Shown here: positions 37,375 to 48,859 of the stretch, one piece after another
Layout: each line of letters starts with the position of its first letter
Position numbering within the stretch: the stretch's first letter is position 1
DNA from: a virus
Strand: one strand, 5' to 3'
Length of the DNA: 64,000 nucleotides
IMG/VR virus record: IMGVR_UViG_3300027963_000039
The notes under the pieces: generated by a model
Seen by the model: only the letters and a program-made list of their open reading frames with translations
What the model was told of the DNA's origin: nothing
The model's database searches: none
Position numbers and translations under genes: made by a program

Positions 37375-38514
37375 ATGTCAACAGTAAAAATATCACAACT
37401 ACCACTCATTACGGCATTAAATGCTAACACAGCCAATAGTTTGTTTATGGGTGTCGATATTCCAACAGGCGTTACGGGTAAATTTACCGCACATACGTTG
37501 GCGGCAAACCTTTACTCTAACGAAATATTAAATGTTGGTGTCAATCAACAGAACTTACCTAATACGATTGCACAATTTTCTTTGGGTGGCGAATCATATA
37601 TCCAAACCAACCTCGTCAATACGAATGATGGTGGTACTGCTGACATAGTTGTAACCGCCAACGTAGGTTCTGGTGGTACGGATGCGGCCAACTTTATCGA
37701 TATGGGTTATGCAAACAAGAACTATCAACCAGGTTCAGAATTTAATAATATTGGTAATGCGGTTCGCCCTAATGATGGTTACTTGTATGTACAAGGCACA
37801 TCAGGTCAAAACTATGGTAACTTGACTATAGGTACCACTAGTGTCGGTGCTAACATAAACTTTATTGCTGGCGGTGGTTCTGCACAAAACATCGTTGCAA
37901 AAATGACCTCAACTGGTCTAGTGTTGAACACACAATCATCAATTACATTCTCCGATGGTTCTTCAATCAATACGGCACCGCCCACACTTACTTACACACA
38001 AGGCGTTAATACTTATCAAAATACTTACGCTCAGGCTGCGTTTGCAAAAGCTAATACCGCAGTTCAAAATACTGCTGTCATCCAACTACAATCGTTGACA
38101 TTAACTGGTAATAATGATGTTACAGGTACTATAACTGGAAATAACTTTGTTGCAAATACTATTACTGTTTCTGGTGTAGTTAATCCACAAAAAGGTTTCA
38201 TTTACACACCAAACATTTACCCAAATTCACAGACAGCAATTACAATTGACTTTGCAAATAACTCGGTTGTTCGTGCTCAGACAGCTGCAGGTTTAGTTGT
38301 AACATTATCAAACTTTGTAATAGGTAAAGTTGTTGATGCATGGATTACAAATACTGCTGGCACAAACCAAACATTTACTCATGGTGTTTCTGCTCTTAAT
38401 TCAACAATTAATGCGACAACCTATAATATTCCAGGCACATCAACCATCTATGTAAAATACTGGAGTATTGATGGTACATTAACAAATACTTTCTGTTCGA
38501 TTGTTCACGCTTAA
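37375..38514 (+). CDS. baseplate-associated fibre protein
   Basis: MSTVKISQLP start; beta-rich N/T/G composition. Confidence 0.6.
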   Translation: MSTVKISQLPLITALNANTANSLFMGVDIPTGVTGKFTAHTLAANLYSNEILNVGVNQQNLPNTIAQFSLGGESYIQTNLVNTNDGGTADIVVTANVGSGGTDAANFIDMGYANKNYQPGSEFNNIGNAVRPNDGYLYVQGTSGQNYGNLTIGTTSVGANINFIAGGGSAQNIVAKMTSTGLVLNTQSSITFSDGSSINTAPPTLTYTQGVNTYQNTYAQAAFAKANTAVQNTAVIQLQSLTLTGNNDVTGTITGNNFVANTITVSGVVNPQKGFIYTPNIYPNSQTAITIDFANNSVVRAQTAAGLVVTLSNFVIGKVVDAWITNTAGTNQTFTHGVSALNSTINATTYNIPGTSTIYVKYWSIDGTLTNTFCSIVHA

Positions 38515-38524
38515 TAAATAAATC

Positions 38525-39883
38525 ATGGCAAACAAACAACTATTAACATACGGCGCAAAAGCAAAACAGGTAGAACAAGCCTATTTTGCACCAACGGCCG
38601 GCGTCATTTCAACATACATGTTTTTGGCTAACGTTGATCCTTGGGATGACGATGCTAATCCGCCAGCACCAACACAAGACCAAGCATCAATTAAAAAAAT
38701 ATTTAAAAAAATATTTGCAGCAAAACAAGTTACAGTTAATGACATTACACCTGTTATTCAAAGAATTGACTGGACATCTGGCGTCACCTATGATTATTAT
38801 GACGATACTGTTGATATGTTTGAAATTGATCAAAACGGATATTTCGTCAGATCATTTTACGTAAAGAATAAGTACGACCAAATTTTTAAATGTCTATGGA
38901 ATAATAACGATTCACCATCAACCAGTGAACCTTTTTTTCAACCCGGCAACTATAGTCCTAACAATATCTATCAGGGTGATGATGGATATAAATGGAAATA
39001 TATTTACACGGTTGAAATCGGTACAAAAGTAAAATTTATGGACTCTGACTGGTTACCAATACCAGTTGGAGATAGAACACCAAATCCACTAACTAGTGCT
39101 GCCGGCGTTGGTTGTATTGATGTTATCAACGTAATAGATGGTGGTTCAGATTATGTTCCAGGAACTTCTCCTATTACTGTAACGATTACTGGTGATGGTT
39201 CTGGTGCAACAGCGCAGGTAGCTAACGTGACAAACGGTTCAATTACTGATATTACCGTTCTAACACCAGGAACAAATTATAGTTTTGCAAATGTTGCTAT
39301 AACTTCCGCCAATGGTTCTGGAGTTATTGTAACTGCGCCTATTTCTCCTGTCTCTGGCCACGGTTACGATCCAATTTCTGAACTAGGTTGTGCTCACGTT
39401 ATGTATTGTGTTGAGTTTAATGGTCCAGAATATATTAACGGTGTTGTTAATGTTCCAACAGACATCACATATTATCAAGTGGGTCTGGTCATCGATCCGG
39501 TTTCGACCGAAACAAGTCCAAATTTTGCTAACGGAACAATTTATAGAACAACAACCGATTTGACAGTAGCTTCTGGTTTTGGAACATATCTCTCGGATGA
39601 ACTTTTGTATCAAGGAACTTCTTTATCAGCATCAACATTTAAAGGTACTGTACTGAGTCACGATACAGGAAACAACGTGGTAAAGCTGATAAATACAGTA
39701 GGCACACTAACTTTTAATGCACCGGTTTTTGGAAACACCACACGGACTGTGAGAACATTGTTAACAAGTTCATCACCATCATATGTTGTTTCTTCTGGTT
39801 ATATGGCATACATAGAAAATAGGTCCGGCATACAAAGAAGTAATGATGGTATAGAACAATTTAAAATTATATTAGGTTTCTAA
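38525..39883 (+). CDS. gp8: baseplate wedge subunit
   Basis: RIDWTSG..YD.Y, FKCL.NN, DGYKWKYIY, GHGYDP..ELG, YIENR...E.FKII. Confidence 0.85.
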   Translation: MANKQLLTYGAKAKQVEQAYFAPTAGVISTYMFLANVDPWDDDANPPAPTQDQASIKKIFKKIFAAKQVTVNDITPVIQRIDWTSGVTYDYYDDTVDMFEIDQNGYFVRSFYVKNKYDQIFKCLWNNNDSPSTSEPFFQPGNYSPNNIYQGDDGYKWKYIYTVEIGTKVKFMDSDWLPIPVGDRTPNPLTSAAGVGCIDVINVIDGGSDYVPGTSPITVTITGDGSGATAQVANVTNGSITDITVLTPGTNYSFANVAITSANGSGVIVTAPISPVSGHGYDPISELGCAHVMYCVEFNGPEYINGVVNVPTDITYYQVGLVIDPVSTETSPNFANGTIYRTTTDLTVASGFGTYLSDELLYQGTSLSASTFKGTVLSHDTGNNVVKLINTVGTLTFNAPVFGNTTRTVRTLLTSSSPSYVVSSGYMAYIENRSGIQRSNDGIEQFKIILGF

Positions 39884-39892
39884 AGGAAAAAA

Positions 39893-42800
39893 ATGGCTCT
39901 GAATTTTAACGTAGACCCGTATTATGACGATTTTGATCCGTCTAAAAATTTCCATCGCATACTTTTTAAACCAGGTGCTGCTGTACAAGCTCGGGAATTA
40001 ACTCAATCCCAGACAATTTTACAGAATCAAATATCAAATTTTGCCGACAGCATTTTTTCTCAGAACACACCTGTTACTGGCGGTAAAGTAACAACGAATT
40101 TAAATTGTCATTACTTAAAATTAAATCTACAATACAATAACGTCAACATTAGTGCAGCTTCTTTCTTGAATAAAATCATTCAAGATTCTACTGGTACAAT
40201 TATTGCAAAAGTTATTGCTACATCCGAATCTACCGGTACTGTTACTGCTGCAGGTGATCCACCTACTTTAATTCTTTCTTACTTATCCGGCATACATTTC
40301 TCCGACAATATGTTAATTGTACCAACTGACGGTACAAATATTGGCGCAACAACCATTGGTGCTACAGGTGGTACAACTTGTTCTGGTCTTTCTTCTGTTG
40401 CTTCTATTTCTGATGGTGTTTTCTATGTTGTAAATGGTTATTCTCAATCATCGACTGCAAACCAAGACGGAAGCTTTACAAAATATTCAATCGGTAATTT
40501 TGTTGCTGTACAACCACAAACAATCATTCTTTCCAAATACGGAAATACACCTTCCTATCGTGTAGGACTGTCCATAACAGAGACAATTGTAGACTACGTT
40601 AATGACTCATCACTATTAGATCCGGCTGTTGGAGCGTCTAATTACCAGGCTCCTGGTGCTGATAGATATGCAATCATTCTTTCATTAATTGCTTTGCCTT
40701 TATCTTTAGGTAGTGATGATGCGTTTATTGAATTGTTGAGAATGGAAAATGGTGATATATTAAAACAAGTCGATAATACTGTTTATTCGGTAATCGATGA
40801 TTATTTTGCTAAGCGTGATTATGAAAGTAACGGCGATTATATTGTTAATGATTTCAAATTAACTCCATCAGCCAATACTTCCGATGGTGCAAAATATAAT
40901 TTAAGTGTTGGTAAAGGTGTTGCATATGTACATGGTTATCGTATAGAGAACCAATCACCATTAACTATTGTTAGTGACAGAGCTCGTGCAACAAAAACAA
41001 TTGATACAAACAACGTTTATTTGGACTACGGAAACTATTTCTATATTGATACGTCCAATGGTTCTTTTGATATCACCACGATGCCTGTTGTTGATTTGCA
41101 TTGCGTAGAATCAATCAACATTTCCGCAAACAACAATGGTGGTTCAGCTAACGCAAACACATATTCATCAACTTTAGTTGGTACTGCTCGCATTAGAGAC
41201 TTGCAATATGTGACGGATGGTGGCAGTTCAAATACAAAATCATATGTTTATCAAGCATATGTTTCAGACATTTCAACCAGAACAATTTCAGGCGTAGCCA
41301 AAGTTTCTGGTTCTTCTGTAACAACTTTGGCTATTGATGATGGTAGTCGTGCAAACTTTTCCACATCAGCCAACGCATACTATGGAATGACAGTCACTAT
41401 AACTGGTGGTACATCCTCAGGTGACATCCGCACCATTTCTTCATATAATGGAACAACAAAAGTAATTACTGTTACATCTCCGTTCACTTTTGTTCCTGAT
41501 GCAACCACTCAATTCAAATTAACTTTAACACCAAAGAGTGTCGAGTCTATTGTTGTTAAAGATGCTGCATATTCTTTCTCTGCAAACTCCAATATTAATA
41601 CCATTTACGGTAAACAAAGTGCTGTAGTAACTGGTGACACCGTGTTAACAAATCCTGGATATCCAGAGATGGTTTTCACAATTGGTAATCCATATGTTGC
41701 GAATGTATCTAGTTCCAGTTACACATCAACAAAGATTTATCGTAACCAAGCGATCTCAAACACAGTACCATTAACCATATCCGCAACAGGAACATTTACT
41801 TTCATCGGTAATGGTGCATTAAGTTCTGATGCAAAGAAACAAAACTTTATTGTTGTCAGCAAAACGACAGGCCAAATATTGGATTTCTCGACAACTGGTA
41901 ATACAATTACTGTAACAAGTGGAACACAAGCAACGTTTTCGACCACGAAATGGAATGATACAGTTGATATTATTGCAAACATTAATATTCCATATGCAGA
42001 TCATGCTACGGATGGTGGTCTGGTATTAAAATCTAAAAACTTAGTTACTGGTAATACGACAGCTGTTGGAACATTAACTGCTGTAACAGGCACATCAAAT
42101 ACAACAATTGATTTGACAAAAGGTCAAACGTATATTACTAACGCAACAACTAGAAACCCACAAATTTCGTTGTATGTTTCAGATGTTAAGAAAATTAAAA
42201 AGATTATTGACACAGGTGCTCCAGGTACTGCGCCAACAGCAGCAATGCTAACTGCTGCTCAGTATGATGTAACAAATCAATATACACTAAACAATGGCCA
42301 AAAAGATAGTTTTTATGACCATGCTTATTTGAAACCTTTAGTTGGTGCAGCAAAAGGCAATTTGTTGGTGGTCTATGATTTCTACACACATGGCGGTGGT
42401 GATGGTTACTTTAGTGTATTATCATATCAAGCTACTGGCGGCGGTTTCTCAACATCGCCAGAGACATATTCGGAAATTGGAAGTTACACAGCTTCATCAG
42501 GTAAAACATATCGTTTAGCTGATTGTTTAGATTTTAGACCAGTTAGAACAAACGCAACAACAGCAACTACTTTCAACTATCAGAATTCTTCTGCTTCAAG
42601 AGGTATGTTGTTGCCACAAAACTTGACACAATTCCAAAGTTCTTATGCTTACTATCTTGGAAGAAAAGATATATTGGTATTGAGTAAAGACAAGAGTTTT
42701 GAAATCATCCAAGGTGTTCCATCTTTAACTCCTATATTCCCAATACAACCAGAAGGTTCATTGTTATTAGCTAATCTAACACATGATCCATATACTGCTT

Positions 42801-44716
42801 ATGTTCCTGGTGAAAATCCAGGAAGTATAGTTTCGAACCTATCGATGAATAAGGTTTCACACAATCGTTGGGCCAAGAGTGACATTTCTAACTTGCAGGC
42901 CCGTGTTAATAACCTAGAATACTACACCTCTTTAAGTGTATTGGAACAAAGCGCACAATCACTACAAATACCTGATGCAAATGGTTTGAACAGGTTTAAG
43001 AACGGTATTTTAGTTGACGATTTCAGTTCATATGGTACTGTTGATTCTGCTCATCCAGATTTCTTGGCAAACATCAACATCAGAACAAGACAATTAACAC
43101 CAATGACTCCTGTAACAAACTTTCAGTTACAGAATCCACAAATTCTTGCGAGTTTGGGAACATTGTCTAACACAAACACATACGCTGTGTCGAGTATCAA
43201 TGGTACAGGAACAAACATCTTTACTCTACCATACACCAGAGCGAATGTTGTAACTCAACCGTTGGCATCATCAACAGTAAGTTTAAATCCTTTTAGTGTA
43301 AACATATTCCAAGGTGTTGCAGCATTAACTCCACCAATGGACAATTGGGTTGACACATACAATGCACCTGCAATTTTAATTAGTGACCCAAACTTACAGG
43401 TTTATCAAACAAACGGTGGTGCCACGGCTCTAAACGCTGGCGATTTCGCTACTGTAGTGGGCACTCCTGCACCATCGAAAACGACAAACAGTTCTACTGG
43501 CATTGGTAACGGAATTGATACTTCAACGTATGCAAATCAAATTACAACTTACAATCCGATTTCTGTTGCAATGCAAACCAATAATGGTTATCTGACCAAT
43601 GCAACACTATTACCATACATCAGAGCTCAAGAAGTTGGTGTACGTGTTAAAGGATTATTAATTAATACTCCCATATCCGCATGGTTTGATGGTGTAAGTG
43701 TTGATGAGTATATGACATCACCAGATACAGTAGAGTTGAAGCAGGTTGGTGGAAAATTCCAAGAAGATGACGTTGTTGGTTTCTTTACAAACAACAACTT
43801 CTATCCAACAGCTCGTGTTATGGGTATCTATAACTATCCAGGAACATCTAACACACGACTATATCTGTCATCGGTTCCTGGTGCACCAGCATACACAAGT
43901 TCAACTGTATTGCAAAGAGGTGATTTTGATGTAAATGGAGATTACATCACTACAAGTAATACTGCTTGGGGTTACCTTGCATCAGATTCTTTCCGTCAAT
44001 CAATCAGTTTGACTGGTCAAATTACCGGCGTTGGTGGTTTATATTTACCTAATTCATTAACACCAATTCAGATTTATAAAACAAATTATCCAAACATTTG
44101 GAATGATTTCATGAATCAGTATGCCGTTTGGGGAGATTTGAATCGTTCGAGTACATTTACGTATCAACCAAAATGGATACCTGAAGTTTCTGGAACATAC
44201 ACGGTTATTGCATCCTCAACTGGAACAAGCCATACTGTAACAGCAAATAATGTTTCTCTCGGACTGGGAACACTAAACTTTACAACAACAACTTCTGTAA
44301 ATTATACAGTTGCTGCAGCAAACGTTGGTAATCCAGTTTCAATTAACGTATCTGTTACTGGCGGTGTGACCAATTCTTTCATACCTGGATTTGCAATGAT
44401 CATTAAGGATCCAAACGACATGGTTGTTTTCAGAACAGATGCACCACCAAACGCAACTTATTCTGATGTGACCGGAGAAGAAAATCTTCCTGAAGGTGGT
44501 ACATATTTTACAGGTGTGACAACTATTCAATTAGATTCCAAAGCATCTTCGGCAAATGGATACTATGTTGGATCAAAAATAAGTATTCAATCGAAATACG
44601 TATATAGTGTGACCCAACAAACTGCTACATACCATCCAGCACAATCGTATAGATCACCAGATGGTGATTGCAGTTGGTATGCACCTGCATATGCGACATT
44701 TGAAACTAAAGCTTAA
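39893..44716 (+). CDS. large virion structural protein, VrlC/DUF4815-like, N-terminal part
   Basis: NVDPYYDDF, LFKPGAAVQARELTQ.Q, APGADR, LEYYTSLS.LE, RFKNGILVDDF. Confidence 0.8.
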   Translation: MALNFNVDPYYDDFDPSKNFHRILFKPGAAVQARELTQSQTILQNQISNFADSIFSQNTPVTGGKVTTNLNCHYLKLNLQYNNVNISAASFLNKIIQDSTGTIIAKVIATSESTGTVTAAGDPPTLILSYLSGIHFSDNMLIVPTDGTNIGATTIGATGGTTCSGLSSVASISDGVFYVVNGYSQSSTANQDGSFTKYSIGNFVAVQPQTIILSKYGNTPSYRVGLSITETIVDYVNDSSLLDPAVGASNYQAPGADRYAIILSLIALPLSLGSDDAFIELLRMENGDILKQVDNTVYSVIDDYFAKRDYESNGDYIVNDFKLTPSANTSDGAKYNLSVGKGVAYVHGYRIENQSPLTIVSDRARATKTIDTNNVYLDYGNYFYIDTSNGSFDITTMPVVDLHCVESINISANNNGGSANANTYSSTLVGTARIRDLQYVTDGGSSNTKSYVYQAYVSDISTRTISGVAKVSGSSVTTLAIDDGSRANFSTSANAYYGMTVTITGGTSSGDIRTISSYNGTTKVITVTSPFTFVPDATTQFKLTLTPKSVESIVVKDAAYSFSANSNINTIYGKQSAVVTGDTVLTNPGYPEMVFTIGNPYVANVSSSSYTSTKIYRNQAISNTVPLTISATGTFTFIGNGALSSDAKKQNFIVVSKTTGQILDFSTTGNTITVTSGTQATFSTTKWNDTVDIIANINIPYADHATDGGLVLKSKNLVTGNTTAVGTLTAVTGTSNTTIDLTKGQTYITNATTRNPQISLYVSDVKKIKKIIDTGAPGTAPTAAMLTAAQYDVTNQYTLNNGQKDSFYDHAYLKPLVGAAKGNLLVVYDFYTHGGGDGYFSVLSYQATGGGFSTSPETYSEIGSYTASSGKTYRLADCLDFRPVRTNATTATTFNYQNSSASRGMLLPQNLTQFQSSYAYYLGRKDILVLSKDKSFEIIQGVPSLTPIFPIQPEGSLLLANLTHDPYTAYVPGENPGSIVSNLSMNKVSHNRWAKSDISNLQARVNNLEYYTSLSVLEQSAQSLQIPDANGLNRFKNGILVDDFSSYGTVDSAHPDFLANINIRTRQLTPMTPVTNFQLQNPQILASLGTLSNTNTYAVSSINGTGTNIFTLPYTRANVVTQPLASSTVSLNPFSVNIFQGVAALTPPMDNWVDTYNAPAILISDPNLQVYQTNGGATALNAGDFATVVGTPAPSKTTNSSTGIGNGIDTSTYANQITTYNPISVAMQTNNGYLTNATLLPYIRAQEVGVRVKGLLINTPISAWFDGVSVDEYMTSPDTVELKQVGGKFQEDDVVGFFTNNNFYPTARVMGIYNYPGTSNTRLYLSSVPGAPAYTSSTVLQRGDFDVNGDYITTSNTAWGYLASDSFRQSISLTGQITGVGGLYLPNSLTPIQIYKTNYPNIWNDFMNQYAVWGDLNRSSTFTYQPKWIPEVSGTYTVIASSTGTSHTVTANNVSLGLGTLNFTTTTSVNYTVAAANVGNPVSINVSVTGGVTNSFIPGFAMIIKDPNDMVVFRTDAPPNATYSDVTGEENLPEGGTYFTGVTTIQLDSKASSANGYYVGSKISIQSKYVYSVTQQTATYHPAQSYRSPDGDCSWYAPAYATFETKA

Positions 44717-44737
44717 TAGATTAATTGGAAAAATAAA

Positions 44738-46900
44738 ATGGCTCTATCCTCAGCAATTTATAATTATAATTCAACAATAACTTCTTATAATGGGGTGACC
44801 AAGGTCGCCACATTGAGTTCGCCTGTAGAAATTTCTTTAGGTTACAACAACACACTAGGACAATTAACTTCTCAGTACACTTTATCAGGTGATAACACAA
44901 GCGTTCTTGCAGCTATCAAAGATGGCACAAAACCACAACAGTTGTCTACTGACGAAAACGGAAGCTTTTATGGTATTTTAAATGTGCCGCCAGGAATATT
45001 TAAAGTTGGTTCTAGAGTGTTTCGTGTTGATAATAGGACAGTTGATGCCGATCTTTCAACTGCAACAACTTATGCTGAAGCAACATTTACGGCAGCTGGA
45101 CTTTCCACAACATCTCAAGCTTTACAATTTAGTCCTTCTGTAGATTCTGCATCAAATAAATTTACACCTACACAGTACCAGTCACAACAACAAATTAGTA
45201 CTATTGCAAGTTATACAAATTTTGATCCAGTTGCACAATCATTTATCATTTCTAAAGATAATTATCCAAACGGTGTCTATATCTTATCTGTAAAACTTTT
45301 CTTTAGATCAAAACCAACAACAACAAATACGCCAGTGATTGTATCGATTGTTCCAACTCTCAATGGTTACCCTAATGGTAACGCATTAGACTATTCCACA
45401 GTATCTTTGTATGCAGATCAAATTCAAACAAGCACATCTCCACACTTTTTGGATGCATCAACATACACAGAATTTATGTTCAAAGCTCCTGTTTATATCA
45501 AGCCAGGAGAAACTTATGCGGTGTTAATTCAAACCAGTTCACCGGATTATACTGTTTATTATGCCCAACAAAATTCTTCGGCAGTAGCTTCAACTGCAAG
45601 AGCTCTACCTACAGATGCAATACCATCCAACCCAACAAAAATTGGTGCAGTACCAAATAGTGGTGCTTTCTTTGAATCACAAAACGGAACAACTTGGACT
45701 GCTGATCTGACAAAAGACCTGATGTTCGTTATTGATAGGTGTGTTTTCAACACTTCAAATAATCCAAAATTAGACTTTGTTGTTCCACAGAATTTACCTA
45801 AGAGAAAATTACTGGCAAGTGATATTCAATACAAATTAGATCCAAGTTTGATTAATGGTATATACCGTAGTGCTGGTGGTGATCAAAGAATGGATGCTTT
45901 GAATGTTACAACTACAGATTTTACGCCGACTAGTACAACAATTAATTATGCATACACATCTACAATAAGAGATGGAAATGTTTCTGATGGTCCAAACACA
46001 ATCATTCCTGGAAAATTTGGTTCTCCAACACCAGACAATGTATATTTGGATGACGGACTAGGTTCACGTATTTTATTATCAAACTCAAATAATTCGTTTA
46101 CACTATCAGCAACACTCTCATCTTCTGATTCTGCTGTAAGTCCTATCATTTCTGACGATGGATTAACATTGTTTAATGTTCGATATGTAATTAATAATAT
46201 GGGACTTTCAAATCCTACAATTTCAGTTGCCAATACTGGAACAGGATACAACGCAAATACCGTTTCCGTATCTGTAAGTTCACCAGATGTTGGTTCTGAT
46301 ATTGCGGTGTGTACAGCAAATGTACAAGGCGGAAACGTTGTCGCCGTGGCTGTAACTTATGGTGGTTCGGGTTACTTAAAGACTCCAACAATTACAGTAT
46401 CCGATGCAGCAACCCGTGGCGGTAATGCAAACTGTGTAGTAGTTGTTTCAGGTGAAACAAGTCCAGAAGGCGGTAACGCACTTGCAAAATACTTCACAAA
46501 GAAAGTTGTGTTGGCTGCAGGACAAGATTCTGGTGATTTGCGTGTATATTACTCAGCATACAAACCAGTAGGTACAGAAGTTTACATTTATTACAAACTT
46601 TTAAGTAGTAATGATACACAAAAATTTGAAGAAGGCAATTGGCAATTGATGACCCAAGTTGGTCCACAAAATGTTTATTCTTCTAATAGAGATGACATTA
46701 TTGAATTTGAATGTGCTCCTGGAGTTTATGGAAGTGGTGCAGCAAATAATATTATTTCTTATACCGGTATTAACGGTCAAACATACAACGACTTTATTCA
46801 GTTTGCGATTAAACTTGTTATGGCAACAAATGATACTACCAAAGTTCCCGTGATTGAAGATATTCGTGCGTTGGCTTTACCACCAGGAACAGGAATTTAA
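44738..46900 (+). CDS. VrlC-like virion protein, C-terminal part
   Basis: DPVAQSF, LFF..KP, F.SQNG.TWT, F.QFAIK.V, P.I.D.RA.AL. Confidence 0.75.
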   Translation: MALSSAIYNYNSTITSYNGVTKVATLSSPVEISLGYNNTLGQLTSQYTLSGDNTSVLAAIKDGTKPQQLSTDENGSFYGILNVPPGIFKVGSRVFRVDNRTVDADLSTATTYAEATFTAAGLSTTSQALQFSPSVDSASNKFTPTQYQSQQQISTIASYTNFDPVAQSFIISKDNYPNGVYILSVKLFFRSKPTTTNTPVIVSIVPTLNGYPNGNALDYSTVSLYADQIQTSTSPHFLDASTYTEFMFKAPVYIKPGETYAVLIQTSSPDYTVYYAQQNSSAVASTARALPTDAIPSNPTKIGAVPNSGAFFESQNGTTWTADLTKDLMFVIDRCVFNTSNNPKLDFVVPQNLPKRKLLASDIQYKLDPSLINGIYRSAGGDQRMDALNVTTTDFTPTSTTINYAYTSTIRDGNVSDGPNTIIPGKFGSPTPDNVYLDDGLGSRILLSNSNNSFTLSATLSSSDSAVSPIISDDGLTLFNVRYVINNMGLSNPTISVANTGTGYNANTVSVSVSSPDVGSDIAVCTANVQGGNVVAVAVTYGGSGYLKTPTITVSDAATRGGNANCVVVVSGETSPEGGNALAKYFTKKVVLAAGQDSGDLRVYYSAYKPVGTEVYIYYKLLSSNDTQKFEEGNWQLMTQVGPQNVYSSNRDDIIEFECAPGVYGSGAANNIISYTGINGQTYNDFIQFAIKLVMATNDTTKVPVIEDIRALALPPGTGI

Positions 46901-46901
46901 A

Positions 46902-47132
46902 ATGCCTTTGGTGAAGGTTACTAATAGTCCTTTTGTTAGGGACACAGAGTCTAGGGTCTTATTGAACACGGATGAAAATGCAAAAAATGAATATTTAACA
47001 AAGGTTAAATTATTAAAGACTCAAAAAGAAGAAATAAATAATGTTAAATCAGAAATAATAGCAGTAAAAGAAGATATGGCGGAAATAAAATATCTGCTAT
47101 CAAAATTAATAGAAAAAGGTTCCAATGGCTAA
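46902..47132 (+). CDS. small coiled-coil virion-associated protein
   Basis: VRDTESRVLLNTD followed by heptad repeats. Confidence 0.65.
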   Translation: MPLVKVTNSPFVRDTESRVLLNTDENAKNEYLTKVKLLKTQKEEINNVKSEIIAVKEDMAEIKYLLSKLIEKGSNG

Positions 47133-48858
47133 TACAGTTTCAGTTCTAAGTTATGCCAACACATTTGGTGATTGGGTAGTTGCGACCAACGCTCTATCGA
47201 GAGAGCACAACGACCTGGTAGCAAACAATTGGACCAAATCTACAGGAACATTGTATCTAACAGATCCCTCATTAGGCATGCAAGTTAGTGGTGCAGCTAT
47301 TGTTGCTGGCGCTTTACAAGTTCAGGGTACAGGTTCATCCGCATACGTACAAAATAACATTCGTATTGATGGAACTTTGGCCGCAACAAACTCTACAAAT
47401 AGTATTTACTCCACAGGTGTTGTTACATCTTTAGGTAGAGTAAATGCTAATGCTTCCGGATTAGGTTTATTTGTTGCAAACAATTTTACTGTTGGCGGCA
47501 CAGCAAACGCTTCAAATTTATTTGTAACATCAACCACCACAACCGGTAACTTAGTGGTTTCTGGTACATCAAATGTTGAAAGTTTAGTTGCAAACACATT
47601 TCTTAGAACAAACACATTTGTTGCCAATACAATAACCGCAAATACAATCACCAATGCAGGATCGATGAGTGCTAACGGATTATCTGTTGGTACGGGTGGT
47701 TTGAATGTGCAAGGTAGTTTCACTTTAAATGGAACGACAGTCTACAATACTCCATATTTTACCATAAGTGCTGCGACACCAAATATAGATGCTTATTTTG
47801 GTGTCTACAGAACAATCACAGCAAATGCTAGTATTAAATGGGACAATGCAAATTCATATTTTGCTATTGGTGATGTCACTTCTGGCGCAAATAATTATTT
47901 TTATAGAATACTTACTGCACAACAACTAACAGATTCTTTATCTGATAACAGTTCTTTAAATGTAGCAACATCTAAAGCCGCAAACACTTTACAAGTTGCT
48001 TTAGTTTCTGCAAACACATCGATGAAGTCTTATGTGGACAACATCAATACTATTGGTGCAGGTATCAATACAGCACAAAATACCAATATTACAACCGCAA
48101 ACAATGCGGCGTGGGCAGGATACGCTCGTGCTAATACATCATCAAATACTTTTGTTGGCACTTCTGGTAGCGCATCACCTAGTACCGGTGTTATTTCGTT
48201 CAACAGTACAAACGGTATTACAATTAGTGGAACAAGTAACGTTCTAACAATCAGTACCTCACAGAATTTACAAACAAACGGTACTCCTACTTTTGCAACT
48301 GTAACGTTAAGTTCACCGTCAACTGCACCAACAGCAGCAACAAATACAAGTAACACTCAAATTGCTACGACTGCGTTTGTTCAGAATCAGTTAAACAACG
48401 GTAATACTTATACACTTACTTCCGCAGTAACAAATTCCGTTACTGTAGTAAATGATTCATCAACAAATGCCACAATGTATCCTGTTTGGGTCGTTGCAAA
48501 TTCAGGTAACAATGCACTTAAAACATCGAGTTCCAATTTCTATTTCAATCCAAGTACAGGCTCAGTAAGTGCAACTATATTCAACGCACTCTCTGATGAA
48601 AATAGAAAAGAAAATATTTACCCAATCACCAATGCAACTGGTGTAATTAAACAAATTAATGGTTATGGATTTAATTGGAAAGATAATGGTAAAAAATCTT
48701 ACGGTCACATCGCTCAACGTTTAGAAGAAATTTTACCCGATTTAGTAGACACCAATGCAGAGGGTGTGAAATCGGTTAATTATAACGGTTTAATTGCCTT
48801 CTTGGTTGAAACTGTAAAAGAGATGGACAAACGTATCACAGAATTGGAAAGTAAATAA
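47125..48858 (+). CDS. tail fibre with C-terminal peptidase S74 intramolecular chaperone
   Basis: NTF..W...TN N-terminus; LSDENRKENI, F.WK, G.IAQ..E..LP.LV, VNYNGL. Confidence 0.8.
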   Translation: MANTVSVLSYANTFGDWVVATNALSREHNDLVANNWTKSTGTLYLTDPSLGMQVSGAAIVAGALQVQGTGSSAYVQNNIRIDGTLAATNSTNSIYSTGVVTSLGRVNANASGLGLFVANNFTVGGTANASNLFVTSTTTTGNLVVSGTSNVESLVANTFLRTNTFVANTITANTITNAGSMSANGLSVGTGGLNVQGSFTLNGTTVYNTPYFTISAATPNIDAYFGVYRTITANASIKWDNANSYFAIGDVTSGANNYFYRILTAQQLTDSLSDNSSLNVATSKAANTLQVALVSANTSMKSYVDNINTIGAGINTAQNTNITTANNAAWAGYARANTSSNTFVGTSGSASPSTGVISFNSTNGITISGTSNVLTISTSQNLQTNGTPTFATVTLSSPSTAPTAATNTSNTQIATTAFVQNQLNNGNTYTLTSAVTNSVTVVNDSSTNATMYPVWVVANSGNNALKTSSSNFYFNPSTGSVSATIFNALSDENRKENIYPITNATGVIKQINGYGFNWKDNGKKSYGHIAQRLEEILPDLVDTNAEGVKSVNYNGLIAFLVETVKEMDKRITELESK

Positions 48859-48859
48859 A

